48,008 nucleotides of DNA. Origin: an uncultured Acidiferrobacteraceae bacterium (lineage in GTDB: Bacteria > Pseudomonadota > Gammaproteobacteria > Arenicellales > UBA868). The stretch is taken from NCBI GenBank assembly GCA_913031305.1, contig CAJWEF010000001.1, forward strand, positions 1-48,008, in the 5' to 3' direction. Position numbers and translations under genes: made by a program. The notes under the pieces are model-generated. The model had not been told where the DNA came from. It worked only from the letters and a program-made list of their open reading frames with translations, and made no database searches. Positions 1-8,949 of this stretch are shown in pieces; position 1 is the stretch's first letter; each line of letters opens with the position of its first letter.

Positions 1-432
1 GGTCATCGGTACACCGATCAGTAGGTCAGGCATTGGCTCGCCAGATTCTCGAACCGTGTCGGTGATCAACCCTGCCGCGGTCCGGGCAAAAGACAGTTGT
101 TGGTGATATTTCAGAGCACACAACATCTGATCTATCGGATCCTGGTAGCACAGCGGCGCAATAACGCTGTCAAAGACGGGTGGACAACGCTGGCAATGCC
201 CGCAAAGGCTTTCATGCGCCATGGGTAAAGCGCAGCGCTCGCAATGAATCTCGTTAACGGGTAGCTTGGCCCAGCAGCCCTGGCAAAGGCCGTGGCGGTA
301 TTCGACTTCTAAACGACACAAAAGGCAGCACGGTGGCGCAACCCATTCCAGCAGTGCCAGGGCCGTAGCCCGCACTGACTTGAGGCCCGATCGCCAGGCC
401 GGGTGGTTTCGGGTCGCAGTTGGATCGGGCAT
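1..432 (-). CDS. comF: ComF family competence protein (double zinc ribbon + phosphoribosyltransferase-like domain), truncated by window start
   Basis: Hand translation from ATG at 432 (not in ORF track) gives ...PPCCLLC...GLCQGC...HCERCALP...LCGHCQ...PPVFD...LKYH...PDLLIGVPMT, the ComF Cys-cluster pattern; divergent from bioC as is usual. Confidence 0.85.
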   Translation of the reverse strand, partial: MPDPTATRNHPAWRSGLKSVRATALALLEWVAPPCCLLCRLEVEYRHGLCQGCWAKLPVNEIHCERCALPMAHESLCGHCQRCPPVFDSVIAPLCYQDPIDQMLCALKYHQQLSFARTAAGLITDTVRESGEPMPDLLIGVPMT

Positions 433-537
433 GATTCCAATGGTGCTTCTGAATTACGGCGCTGGCTGTGTCATTTTTCACAGCCAGCGCGTTAACATCC
501 AAAGATTGGCTCTTGAGCCCGGTCAGGTGCACTGCCT

Positions 538-1383
538 TTGAAAAACGATTTGTCGTATCTGCAAGAAAGCGCTGTGCAGCAGGCAACACAGCGCGCTGCC
601 GATCTTGATCCGGCCGATAACGTGCTGGCTCGGCATAGCGGCAAAGAATTGCTTGAACGACTATCGCTGCTGACATTAACCCCCAGGATCATTCTTGATC
701 TTGGGTGCGGGGCAGGGGTCGAAGCCGATCTGCTGAGCCAATGCTATCCAGATGCCGTGGTTGTGGGCCTTGATGCCTGTGGTGCACCGTTATTTAAGGA
801 TCCTGCTGGCCGATCCTTTTTGGCAGCAGTGGGTGATGCCGGCCACTTGCCGTACCAGGGTGGGGTTTTTGATCTGGTTATATCCAACCTGTTATTGCCC
901 TGGTGTGATGTCGACAAAGTGCTGGGTGAGGTTGCCCGGGTATTGCGCCCGGGTGGCGCGTTGGTGTTCGCCACTTTGGGGCCGGATACCCTGTGCGAGG
1001 CGCACGCCGCCTGGAATCATGTCGATACCTTTGCTCACGTGCATGATTTCACTGACATGCATGATCTTGGAGATGCTCTGATACGCCATGGCTTTGTGGA
1101 GCCGGTGATGGATGTGCAGATGCTGGGCCTGACCTTTGCAGATATCCAAGGGCTGGTCAGGGATTTGCGCGCTCTGGGTGGTACCAACGCTCTAGCGACC
1201 CGGCGGCGCACGCTGACCGGTAAGCATCGCTGGCAGGCCTTTAAAGGCGCCTATCCGTTTCGACAGACTGATGGGGGCAGGGTACGCGCGACTTTCGAAC
1301 TGGTTTACGCCATGGCCTGGGCCAAGTCAGGTTCGAGCGGCAATGGCTCCGGTATTCACGTGCCCATACCCCAGTCGTCCTGA
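538..1383 (+). CDS. bioC: Malonyl-ACP O-methyltransferase BioC-like SAM methyltransferase
   Basis: LDLGCGAG SAM motif, GPDTL-E, HVHDFTDMHDLGDAL, PVMD motifs; divergent from comF. Confidence 0.8.
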   Translation: MKNDLSYLQESAVQQATQRAADLDPADNVLARHSGKELLERLSLLTLTPRIILDLGCGAGVEADLLSQCYPDAVVVGLDACGAPLFKDPAGRSFLAAVGDAGHLPYQGGVFDLVISNLLLPWCDVDKVLGEVARVLRPGGALVFATLGPDTLCEAHAAWNHVDTFAHVHDFTDMHDLGDALIRHGFVEPVMDVQMLGLTFADIQGLVRDLRALGGTNALATRRRTLTGKHRWQAFKGAYPFRQTDGGRVRATFELVYAMAWAKSGSSGNGSGIHVPIPQSS

Positions 1384-1462
1384 AGCCAATCCCGGGTCAG
1401 GGCGGCGCTTCCGTCGTCCCAGACCCTGGGAACCGACGGCTTGCCAGCGCGAGGAAATTCTA

Positions 1463-1480
1463 TTATTGAGGAGTCAATAA
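1463..1480. promoter_or_regulatory. Inverted repeat TTATTGA-N4-TCAATAA, possible transcription-factor site
   Basis: Perfect 7-bp arms seen in the bioC-DUF2244 intergenic region. Confidence 0.35.
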
Positions 1481-1536
1481 GGGGGTCAGGCTTGATGGTT
1501 TGGCCGGTCCTGTGCTAGTGTTCGCGCCAGTTTTCC

Positions 1537-1550
1537 TTGACCTAGATCAA
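1537..1550. promoter_or_regulatory. FNR/ANR-type box TTGAC-CTAG-ATCAA
   Basis: One mismatch to TTGAT-N4-ATCAA; upstream of a terminal oxidase operon. Confidence 0.7.
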
Positions 1551-1577
1551 CCATGCTAGTGTTCGCGCTCGTTTTTC

Positions 1578-1591
1578 TTGACCTAGGTCAG
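1578..1591. promoter_or_regulatory. Second, more degenerate FNR-type box TTGAC-CTAG-GTCAG
   Basis: Second copy within the 41-bp duplication. Confidence 0.5.
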
Positions 1592-1640
1592 CCGAAGGGC
1601 AAAAAGACGTTGTGCACCGGCGAGTTTCTGGCCGCAGTGA

Positions 1641-2159
1641 ATGACTCTTTTGGATGCCACATCGGATGGGCGCGATTTTCGCTTGTTAGTTAGGCTTAAT
1701 TACTCGCTGACACTGGTAGCCGCTTACCGCGTGGTCGGTTTGTGTTGCGCCGTTGGTTTGGTGACAGCGGTTGGCATAGTGACGGCGGGTGCGTGGCCCG
1801 CACCGCCTTTCGGCGGCCTCGAATTAGTGGTTCTGGGTAGCGCGTTTTATGTAGCCCAGCGCTGCACCCGGGTTCTTGATTGGCGGGTGGCGCAGGGTGA
1901 GCGCTTGATGGTGACAAAAAGAATCGAAGCCGGCCAAAAATACCGACGTTTATATCGACACTGGGCCCAGGTCAGACTGAGCAGTCGCCACCGCTGGTAC
2001 CCGAGTCAATTGTGGCCAGGACCACATGGACGGTTTATTGAGATAGGTGCAGAACTTACAGAGCACGACCGAATTCGAACCGAGGGTCAGTTTGAATTAC
2101 CGCTGGCCGCACTCGGCGGCCTGATCGCCATACCAAACAGATACAAAATTCAAAACTAA
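1641..2159 (+). CDS. DUF2244-family membrane protein
   Basis: Two hydrophobic segments, GAWP..PFGGLEL and HGRFIEIGAEL motifs; typical position upstream of coxB. Confidence 0.65.
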   Translation: MTLLDATSDGRDFRLLVRLNYSLTLVAAYRVVGLCCAVGLVTAVGIVTAGAWPAPPFGGLELVVLGSAFYVAQRCTRVLDWRVAQGERLMVTKRIEAGQKYRRLYRHWAQVRLSSRHRWYPSQLWPGPHGRFIEIGAELTEHDRIRTEGQFELPLAALGGLIAIPNRYKIQN

Positions 2160-2178
2160 CTCGTTTTTGGAGATGAAA

Positions 2179-2982
2179 ATGATCGTGAGTCGATTAATGC
2201 AGCTAACGGGCAAAGTGCTCAGCGTTACCGGTATTGCCGGGTTGTGGATATTTCCAGCCAACGTGCAGGCCGAATGGAAGGTAAACCTGCAGCGTCCGAT
2301 CACTGAGATCGCGCGTGTTCAGTACGACCTGCACATGATGATCATGGCCATCATCACCGTGATCGCCCTGATCGTGTTCGCGGTTATGTTCTACTCCATC
2401 ATTCGTTTTCGCAAGAGCAAGGGCGCGCAGCCAGCCAAGTTCACCCACTCGACCAAGGCAGAAGTACTCTGGACAGTAATTCCAACGCTGATCCTGATCG
2501 GTATGGCAGTGCCCTCGACCAAGGCGCTGCTACTGATGGAGGACACCACCGAGTCGGACATGGTGGTTAAGGTCACCGGTTTTCAATGGGGCTGGCACTA
2601 CGATTACATGGAAGAGAACGTATCTTTCTACAGTATGCTGGCAACCCCTCAAAGCCAGATCACCGGCAGCGAGACCAAAGGCGAAAACTACCTGCTGGAA
2701 GTGAACAACCATCTGGTATTGCCCTTGGGCAAGAAAGTGCGTTTCCTGCTTACCGCCAAGGATGTGATTCACGCCTGGTGGGTGCCACAACTGGGCGGTA
2801 AGAAAGACGCCATTCCCGGCTTCATTAACGAGATGTGGGTACGGGCTGACGAGACAGGCATTTTTCGCGGACAATGTGCAGAATTGTGCGGCAAGGATCA
2901 CGGCTATATGCCGATCGTGGTCGAAGTCGTAGACGATGCCCAGTATCAGGCCTGGCTTGAAGGCCGGCGCAATCAGGGCTGA
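2179..2982 (+). CDS. coxB: Cytochrome c oxidase subunit II (no fused cytochrome c domain)
   Basis: DVIHAWW and CAELCGKDHGYM CuA motifs, QWGWHYDY, two TM helices; GGAG RBS at 2169-2172 favours ATG 2179 (ORF open from 2167). Confidence 0.95.
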   Translation: MIVSRLMQLTGKVLSVTGIAGLWIFPANVQAEWKVNLQRPITEIARVQYDLHMMIMAIITVIALIVFAVMFYSIIRFRKSKGAQPAKFTHSTKAEVLWTVIPTLILIGMAVPSTKALLLMEDTTESDMVVKVTGFQWGWHYDYMEENVSFYSMLATPQSQITGSETKGENYLLEVNNHLVLPLGKKVRFLLTAKDVIHAWWVPQLGGKKDAIPGFINEMWVRADETGIFRGQCAELCGKDHGYMPIVVEVVDDAQYQAWLEGRRNQG

Positions 2983-3048
2983 TCCCCTGACCCGGCCATT
3001 GACCGACCCAGTTTTTTCAGAATTTTCTTGTAAACCAGGAGCATACGT

Positions 3049-4620
3049 ATGACTAGCACAGTCGCTGACCATCACCACGACGAGGTGCCCAAGGGCATTA
3101 GCCGCTGGCTCTTTACCACCAACCATAAGGACATCGGCACGCTGTACCTGTGGTTTGCCTTCATCATGTTCCTGGTCGGTGGGGCGATGTCCCTGATCAT
3201 CCGCACCGAGTTGTTTCAGCCCGGCCTGCAGGTAGTAGATCCGCACTTTTTCAACCAGATGACTACGGTACATGCGTTGGTCATGGTATTTGGTGCGGTG
3301 ATGCCCGGTTTTGTTGGCTTTGCCAACTGGATGATTCCGATGATGATCGGGGCGCCGGATATGGCGTTGCCGCGGCTGAACAACTGGAGTTTCTGGTTGC
3401 TGCCACCAGCTGCTCTTTTGCTCATCATTTCGCTGTTTGTTCCCGGTGGTGGGCCGGCCGCGGGCTGGACACTGTATCCGCCGCTGTCGAGCCAGGGTGG
3501 CATGGGTGTGGATTTTACTATTTTCACGGTGCACCTTCTCGGGATGTCCTCAATCCTGGGCTCGATCAACATCATTGCCACCATCCTCAACATGCGAGCG
3601 CCGGGGATGACGCTGATGAAAATGCCGCTGTTCGTGTGGACCTGGCTGATTACTGCTTTCTTGTTGCTGGCGGCTATTCCGGTGTTTGCCGGTGCTGTCA
3701 CCATGTTGCTGACTGATCGCCACTTCGGCACCGCGTTTTTCGACCCGGCCGGTGGCGGTGACCCGGTTCTGTTTCAGCATATCTTCTGGTTCTTCGGTCA
3801 CCCCGAGGTGTATATCCTGATCCTGCCTGCGTTTGGCATTATCTCTCAGGTGATTCCGACCTTTTCCCGCAAGCCCTTGTTCGGTTATACCTCGATGGTC
3901 TTTGCTTCGGTCGCTATTGCCTTTTTGTCATTCATTGTTTGGGCACATCATATGTACACCGTGGGCATGCCGCTCTCAGGAGAGCTGTTCTTTATGTACG
4001 CGACCATGTTGATCGCCATTCCCACCGGGGTGAAAATCTTCAACTGGCTGGCGACCATGTGGCGGGGCAGCATGACCTTTGAGACACCGATGCTCTATGC
4101 GATTGCCTGCGTGGCTTTGTTCACCGTCGGTGGCCTCACCGGGCTGACGATGTCCATCACCCCGGCTGATTTCCAGTACCACGACACCTACTACATCGTT
4201 GCGCATTTCCACTACACGATCTTTGCCGGTTCCGTACTGGGCATGCTTGCTGGTGTGTACTACTGGCTGCCCAAATGGACTGGGCACATGTATGACGAGA
4301 CCCTGGGTAAATGGCATTTCTGGCTGACCGTGATCGGCTTTAATATCACCTTTTTCCCGCAGCATTTCCTCGGGCTCGCCGGCATGCCCCGACGCATCCC
4401 GGACTATGCCCTGCAGTTTGCGGATTTCAACCAGGTTTCAACTATCGGTGCATTCATCATGGGCTTCGCCCAGTTGATTCTGCTGGTGGTAGTGGTCAAG
4501 GCCATCCGCGGTGGCAAGGAAGCCAGCTCAGAGGTCTGGGAAAACCCCGAGGGTCTCGAATGGACCGTACCGTCACCGCCGCCGTACCATACTTTTGCAA
4601 CACCACCGCAGGTTCGCTGA
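3049..4620 (+). CDS. coxA: Cytochrome c oxidase subunit I, A1 type
   Basis: [35 protein letters not shown] motifs. Confidence 0.97.
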   Translation: MTSTVADHHHDEVPKGISRWLFTTNHKDIGTLYLWFAFIMFLVGGAMSLIIRTELFQPGLQVVDPHFFNQMTTVHALVMVFGAVMPGFVGFANWMIPMMIGAPDMALPRLNNWSFWLLPPAALLLIISLFVPGGGPAAGWTLYPPLSSQGGMGVDFTIFTVHLLGMSSILGSINIIATILNMRAPGMTLMKMPLFVWTWLITAFLLLAAIPVFAGAVTMLLTDRHFGTAFFDPAGGGDPVLFQHIFWFFGHPEVYILILPAFGIISQVIPTFSRKPLFGYTSMVFASVAIAFLSFIVWAHHMYTVGMPLSGELFFMYATMLIAIPTGVKIFNWLATMWRGSMTFETPMLYAIACVALFTVGGLTGLTMSITPADFQYHDTYYIVAHFHYTIFAGSVLGMLAGVYYWLPKWTGHMYDETLGKWHFWLTVIGFNITFFPQHFLGLAGMPRRIPDYALQFADFNQVSTIGAFIMGFAQLILLVVVVKAIRGGKEASSEVWENPEGLEWTVPSPPPYHTFATPPQVR

Positions 4621-4632
4621 TTGAACAGTACG

Positions 4633-4740
4633 ATGGCAGCCAGCGATGCGCAAGAAACCGGGATCAGGAAGACTGTGGCGATACTGGCGGTATTCGCCGC
4701 CGCGGTTTTCATCTGGAGTATCGTCAAGTACCTGCTGTGA
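4633..4740 (+). CDS. 35-aa single-TM small protein between coxA and ctaG (cytochrome oxidase small assembly/accessory protein-like)
   Basis: Hand translation MAASDAQETGIRKTVAILAVFAAAVFIWSIVKYLL*; fills the coxA-ctaG gap with 12-bp spacing on each side; below ORF-track cutoff. Confidence 0.7.
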   Translation: MAASDAQETGIRKTVAILAVFAAAVFIWSIVKYLL

Positions 4741-4752
4741 GACCCTGACGCA

Positions 4753-5307
4753 ATGAAGCAATCCTCTCGCCAGACCCGTAACCGTCGCCTTGCCGGCTGG
4801 CTATCGCTGTGGGTGATTGGGATGTTCGGCTTTGGCTACGCGCTGGTGCCACTGTACAACATCTTTTGCGAGATCACGGGGCTGAATGGCAAAAGCGCAA
4901 CTTTGTCTGAGGCGAGCGCCGCGCCACTTGAAGTCGACAAGTCTCGCGTGGTCACGGTGGAGTTCGCGGTCAATGTCAGTGGGATTCCATGGCAGGTCGA
5001 CCGGCCCGAGACAGTGCGCCTGCGGGTTCATCCCGGTGAGCCGGTAACGGTCCGTTACTCAGCCCACAGTCTGACTGACAGTCTGACAGCGGGGCAGGCG
5101 ATCCCGAGTATCTCCCCGGCGCGGGCCGCCCGTCATTTTCGCAAAACCGAATGCTTTTGTTTTACCCGCCAGGAACTGCAGGCACGCGAAAGCCGGATGA
5201 TGCCGGTGACATTCGTGGTTGACCCGGCGCTGCCCGACGAAGTTAAGACTATTACCCTGTCCTACGCGGTTTACCCCGCGCCGGATGTAAAACTGACCAG
5301 TTCCTGA
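4753..5307 (+). CDS. ctaG: Cytochrome c oxidase assembly protein CtaG/Cox11
   Basis: MFGFGYALVPLY..FCEITG and KTECFCF copper-binding motif. Confidence 0.95.
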   Translation: MKQSSRQTRNRRLAGWLSLWVIGMFGFGYALVPLYNIFCEITGLNGKSATLSEASAAPLEVDKSRVVTVEFAVNVSGIPWQVDRPETVRLRVHPGEPVTVRYSAHSLTDSLTAGQAIPSISPARAARHFRKTECFCFTRQELQARESRMMPVTFVVDPALPDEVKTITLSYAVYPAPDVKLTSS

Positions 5308-5343
5308 TCCTAGAATCCAACCCATTCAGAGCGAGGATACAAC

Positions 5344-6222
5344 ATGAGTGCAGCACACGGAGGCTACTACCTGCCGGACCCAACCAAATGGCCGATAATC
5401 ACGTCAATGGGCCTGTTTCTGCTGGCGCTGGGTTTCACATTGCAGATACACCATCTCGCCCCCGGCCCCTGGCTGATGGCGGCTGGCGCGATCATTATCG
5501 TGCTGATGCTGTATGCCTGGTTCAGCCAGGTTGCCACTGAGAGCGAGGCTGGGCGCTACGATGCGCAGGTCGATACTTCGTTCCGTATGGGTATGGGCTG
5601 GTTTATTTTTTCCGAGGTGATGTTTTTTGCGGCCTTTTTTGGGGCGCTGTTCTATACCCGGGTCCTCTCGGTGCCGTGGCTTGCCGGTGAGGAAATGCTT
5701 TGGCCCGGCTTTGAGGCTGCCTGGCCTACCGCCGGGCCGCAGGGGGCAGCGTACATCGGCCCTGACGCTCACGAGGTGGCCCCCGGGCAGTTCTCCAGCA
5801 TCGGCGCTTTCGGCGTGCCGCTTCTCAATACGATATTGTTATTGGCTTCCAGTGTCACAGTGACCATTGCTCACTGGGCGTTAAAGAAAAACCAGCGAGC
5901 CAAGTTAAGCTTCTGGCTGTTCGTCAGTGTGGTTCTGGGATTTGCCTTTCTGTATTTTCAGGCCGGCGAGTATATGGAGGCTTACAACCACCTCGGCTTA
6001 ACATTGGGTTCGGGAGTCTATGGTGCGACCTTTTTCATGCTCACTGGGTTCCATGGCCTTCACGTTACTATTGGTGCGATCACCTTAACCGTGATTCTAG
6101 TACGCTGCCTGCGTGGGCATTTCAAGCCCGACGAGCATTTTGGCTTTGAGGGTGCCGCCTGGTACTGGCACTTTGTCGATACTGTCTGGGTGGGGCTTTT
6201 TATATTTGTCTACATCTTGTAG
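5344..6222 (+). CDS. coxC: Cytochrome c oxidase subunit III
   Basis: FIFSEVMFF, TGFHGLHV, AAWYWHFVD motifs. Confidence 0.96.
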   Translation: MSAAHGGYYLPDPTKWPIITSMGLFLLALGFTLQIHHLAPGPWLMAAGAIIIVLMLYAWFSQVATESEAGRYDAQVDTSFRMGMGWFIFSEVMFFAAFFGALFYTRVLSVPWLAGEEMLWPGFEAAWPTAGPQGAAYIGPDAHEVAPGQFSSIGAFGVPLLNTILLLASSVTVTIAHWALKKNQRAKLSFWLFVSVVLGFAFLYFQAGEYMEAYNHLGLTLGSGVYGATFFMLTGFHGLHVTIGAITLTVILVRCLRGHFKPDEHFGFEGAAWYWHFVDTVWVGLFIFVYIL

Positions 6223-6243
6223 CCGATACAAGTAGAAAATTCA

Positions 6244-6281
6244 GGGCACTGTCGGGCTAGGTCTGACAGTGCCTTTCGTTT
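6244..6281 (+). terminator. Rho-independent terminator after coxC (possibly bidirectional)
   Basis: ggcactgtcgggc-tag-gtctgacagtgcc stem followed by tttcgttt; between convergent genes. Confidence 0.75.
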
Positions 6282-6303
6282 CTGGTTTGCTGACCTGAGG
6301 CTA

Positions 6304-6537
6304 TCAGTTAACCGACCGGGTAGCGGCGACGCGCAGCGAATTACCCGGGGTAATAATACCAGTGTAAAGGCCGGCGACGATCAGTAGAAGCAGGATCGTC
6401 CAGATGGCAACGCGGTAAGTGAGAGCCTTGACCATGCCGGTGCCGCGCCCCTTATCACGCATCATAGATACCATAGCCAGGCCGAGGCTTGCAATTATTG
6501 CGAACAACAGTATGAGAATGATGATTTTTGCAACCAT
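6304..6537 (-). CDS. Twin-transmembrane-helix small protein (DUF2909-like)
   Basis: Two TM helices, IIASLGLA...D.G...MVKALT.RV pattern; conserved inverted position between coxC and SURF1. Confidence 0.8.
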   Translation of the reverse strand: MVAKIIILILLFAIIASLGLAMVSMMRDKGRGTGMVKALTYRVAIWTILLLLIVAGLYTGIITPGNSLRVAATRSVN

Positions 6538-6606
6538 GAGAATAAGATTCCAGCGCAATCACGACCAATGGTACCAGAGCCGCTGATCGAAGCGGTGCAT
6601 TGAGAG

Positions 6607-7320
6607 ATGGAATCACGAAAGGTATTACGCCCAGCACCGTTGATTGTGGCGATGGCTGCGGTTGCAATATTGGTGGGCCTGGGGGTATGGCAGCTTGACC
6701 GGGCGGTTCAGAAAAAACATCTGCTCAGTGAGTTCACGGCACACTCACGGGAATTGTCGATTCGGGTTACGGCCCAGCCATTGGACCCGGACCGCGCTTA
6801 TTTTCCAGCCCATGCCAGAGGTGAATTCGACAGCGCTGGACAGTTTCTTCTGGATAACCGCGCACACAAGGGTCAGCCCGGTTTTCATGTGCTGACTCCA
6901 TTTCGCATTAACGACAGTAACGTGCATATACTTGTTGACCGCGGGTGGATACCTTTAACCGGAACACGAGAAACCTTGCCTCGACCTCAATCGCCAAATG
7001 GCATGCGTGAAATCCGGGGGCAACTGGCTGCTCCGACGCCTGGGTTTACGCTTGAACGCGAAGCGCCGCCGTTTGATGCTCCCCTGCGACAGAATCTGGA
7101 TCTGGCCGGCCTGGCCAATTTAGCTCCCTATCCGCTCCAGCCTTATGTGTTACGCCTTGGGCCTGATGAGCCCGGTGGATTTGTTCGCGAGTGGCCTGCG
7201 CCTGCCAGTCTAAGCGTGAGCCGCCACCAGGCGTATGCGATTCAGTGGTTTGTGATGGCGGTGGTGTTTATCGGAGTGTTTGTCGCGCTGGCGCGTAGAG
7301 AACGCCGAAAAATTGTATAA
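6607..7320 (+). CDS. SURF1 family cytochrome oxidase biogenesis protein
   Basis: LGVWQLDRA, LLDNR, LVDRGWIP, HQAYAIQWF motifs. Confidence 0.93.
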   Translation: MESRKVLRPAPLIVAMAAVAILVGLGVWQLDRAVQKKHLLSEFTAHSRELSIRVTAQPLDPDRAYFPAHARGEFDSAGQFLLDNRAHKGQPGFHVLTPFRINDSNVHILVDRGWIPLTGTRETLPRPQSPNGMREIRGQLAAPTPGFTLEREAPPFDAPLRQNLDLAGLANLAPYPLQPYVLRLGPDEPGGFVREWPAPASLSVSRHQAYAIQWFVMAVVFIGVFVALARRERRKIV

Positions 7321-7334
7321 AACACGAGGGAAGT

Positions 7335-7958
7335 ATGACAGTGACGGACCAGCAAGAAAATTCCATCCCCAAGGGAAAATCTAAGCGACAACGTTGGCTG
7401 CTGTTGGCGCTGCTGGCGGTTTTTCTTGCGCCGGCGATTGCCCCCTGGCTGTGGACCCCGGATAGCTTTCGCAATAAGGGCGGTCTGGTCGAACCACCTC
7501 GGGCACTGTCCAGCGTGGTTTTGGCATCACCCGATGGCGCCTCAGTCGAGTTGAAGTCGTTGTTCGGCAAGTGGACTTATGTCTATTTCATTAGCGGTGC
7601 TTGTGATGCCCAGTGCCAACAGGTTATCGGCTCGCTTGAGCGCGTCAGGATTGCCCAGGGTAAGAATGCTCGACGTCTGCGTTTACTCCTCATTCCGCTA
7701 TTGCCCGAGCAACTCTCGGCAGTAAGCCAGGTGCGCCTTGATCTGCCTGAAGCCGTGGTTCTGGGTGTCAGTGCTGAAGAGAAAGACAGCCTGGTTTCGC
7801 AGTTTCTCCTTGACTCAGGATCTCCTTTAACAGGCGAGTCGCGAATTTACCTGGTGGACCCTCTGGGTAATCTAATGATGAGTTATCCCATAGACGCGGA
7901 TCCTTCAGATCTGAGTAAGGATATCGGACGTTTGCTGCGTGCATCACATATTGGTTAG
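7335..7958 (+). CDS. Cytochrome oxidase-associated thioredoxin/SCO-like membrane-anchored protein
   Basis: N-terminal TM, CDAQC (CxxxC), YLVDPLGNLMMSY...KDI..LL.AS.IG; usual position after SURF1. Confidence 0.75.
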   Translation: MTVTDQQENSIPKGKSKRQRWLLLALLAVFLAPAIAPWLWTPDSFRNKGGLVEPPRALSSVVLASPDGASVELKSLFGKWTYVYFISGACDAQCQQVIGSLERVRIAQGKNARRLRLLLIPLLPEQLSAVSQVRLDLPEAVVLGVSAEEKDSLVSQFLLDSGSPLTGESRIYLVDPLGNLMMSYPIDADPSDLSKDIGRLLRASHIG

Positions 7959-7993
7959 GGGGATTTCTTGATCCCGTATAATTCATTGCTGTT

Positions 7994-8932
7994 ATGAAGG
8001 CACAGGTTTCGCCCCAGTCACGTGCGCCGGTATCTCCGGCACAGGGGCTGTATGCTTATTACGAGTTGACCAAGCCGCGGGTGGTCGCACTGATTGTATT
8101 TACTGCGATCGTTGGCATGTTCCTATCGGTTGACGGTATGGTGCCTTTGTCGACCCTTATTTTTGGTGCCTTGGGTATTGGGCTCTCGGCGGCTTCTGGT
8201 GCCGCCTTTAATCACCTGCTGGATCGTCGCGCGGATCGGGTGATGGCCCGCACGGCTCGGCGGCCTTTACCCAGCGGCACGGTTAATGGTTCCCGTGCGT
8301 TAATGTTTGCCAGTGCGCTGGCTGTGCTGTCGATGGTGTTGCTGGTAACACAGATCAACATCCTGACGGCTGTGCTGACCTTCGCTTCCATGATCGGTTA
8401 TGCCGTGGTCTACACCATTTGGTTGAAGCACGCGACGCCTCAGAATATCGTGATCGGTGGGGCGGCGGGTGCTATGCCGCCGGTGCTTGGCTGGTCAGCT
8501 GTGACTGGAAATCTCGCGCCAGATGCTTTATTACTGTTTTTGATTATCTTCTGTTGGACGCCACCGCATTTCTGGGCGCTTGCGCTGTACCGCCGTGAAG
8601 AATATGCGGCTGCGAATATCCCGATGCTGCCGGTCACCCACGGCGAGAAGCACACCTTGTTGCAAATGCTACTCTATACCGTGCTGCTGCTAGCTGTAAG
8701 TATGCTGCCCTTTGCCACTGGTATGTCAGGATGGATGTATCTTGTCGGCGCGTTGGTATTGGGCGGCACTTTCCTGATATACGTTGTTCGACTTTACCGC
8801 AATTACAGTGATGACTTGTCTCGTCAAACTTTCAGTTTTTCCATCCAGTATCTGGCTATGCTCTTTGCCTTGATGCTGGTTGACCATTATCAGGTTGCCT
8901 TGCGTAATATTCTGGCTGGTGTTCTGGCCTGA
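7994..8932 (+). CDS. cyoE: Protoheme IX farnesyltransferase (heme o synthase)
   Basis: LTKPRV, DR..D..MARTARRPLP, NIVIGGAAGA.PP, WTPPHFWAL motifs. Confidence 0.95.
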   Translation: MKAQVSPQSRAPVSPAQGLYAYYELTKPRVVALIVFTAIVGMFLSVDGMVPLSTLIFGALGIGLSAASGAAFNHLLDRRADRVMARTARRPLPSGTVNGSRALMFASALAVLSMVLLVTQINILTAVLTFASMIGYAVVYTIWLKHATPQNIVIGGAAGAMPPVLGWSAVTGNLAPDALLLFLIIFCWTPPHFWALALYRREEYAAANIPMLPVTHGEKHTLLQMLLYTVLLLAVSMLPFATGMSGWMYLVGALVLGGTFLIYVVRLYRNYSDDLSRQTFSFSIQYLAMLFALMLVDHYQVALRNILAGVLA

Positions 8933-8949
8933 GTGTCAGGGCTTCGAAG

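Larger units (their letters stand above)
1513..1594 (+). repeat. 41-bp imperfect tandem duplication (two copies), each with an extended -10-like element and an FNR-type box
   Basis: 1513-1553 tgctagtgttcgcgccagttttccttgacctagatcaacca vs 1554-1594 tgctagtgttcgcgctcgtttttcttgacctaggtcagccg. Confidence 0.9.

Noticed and set aside
254-676. 140-aa and 91-aa ORFs over the comF region
   Set aside because: Alternative frames; the Cys-motif comF frame (432 to 1) explains the region
1513-1594. Repeat considered as a mini-CRISPR array
   Set aside because: Only two directly abutting copies, no unique spacers and no cas genes
2530-3534. 334-aa antisense ORF over coxB/coxA
   Set aside because: Shadow ORF of strongly codon-biased genes; no domain features
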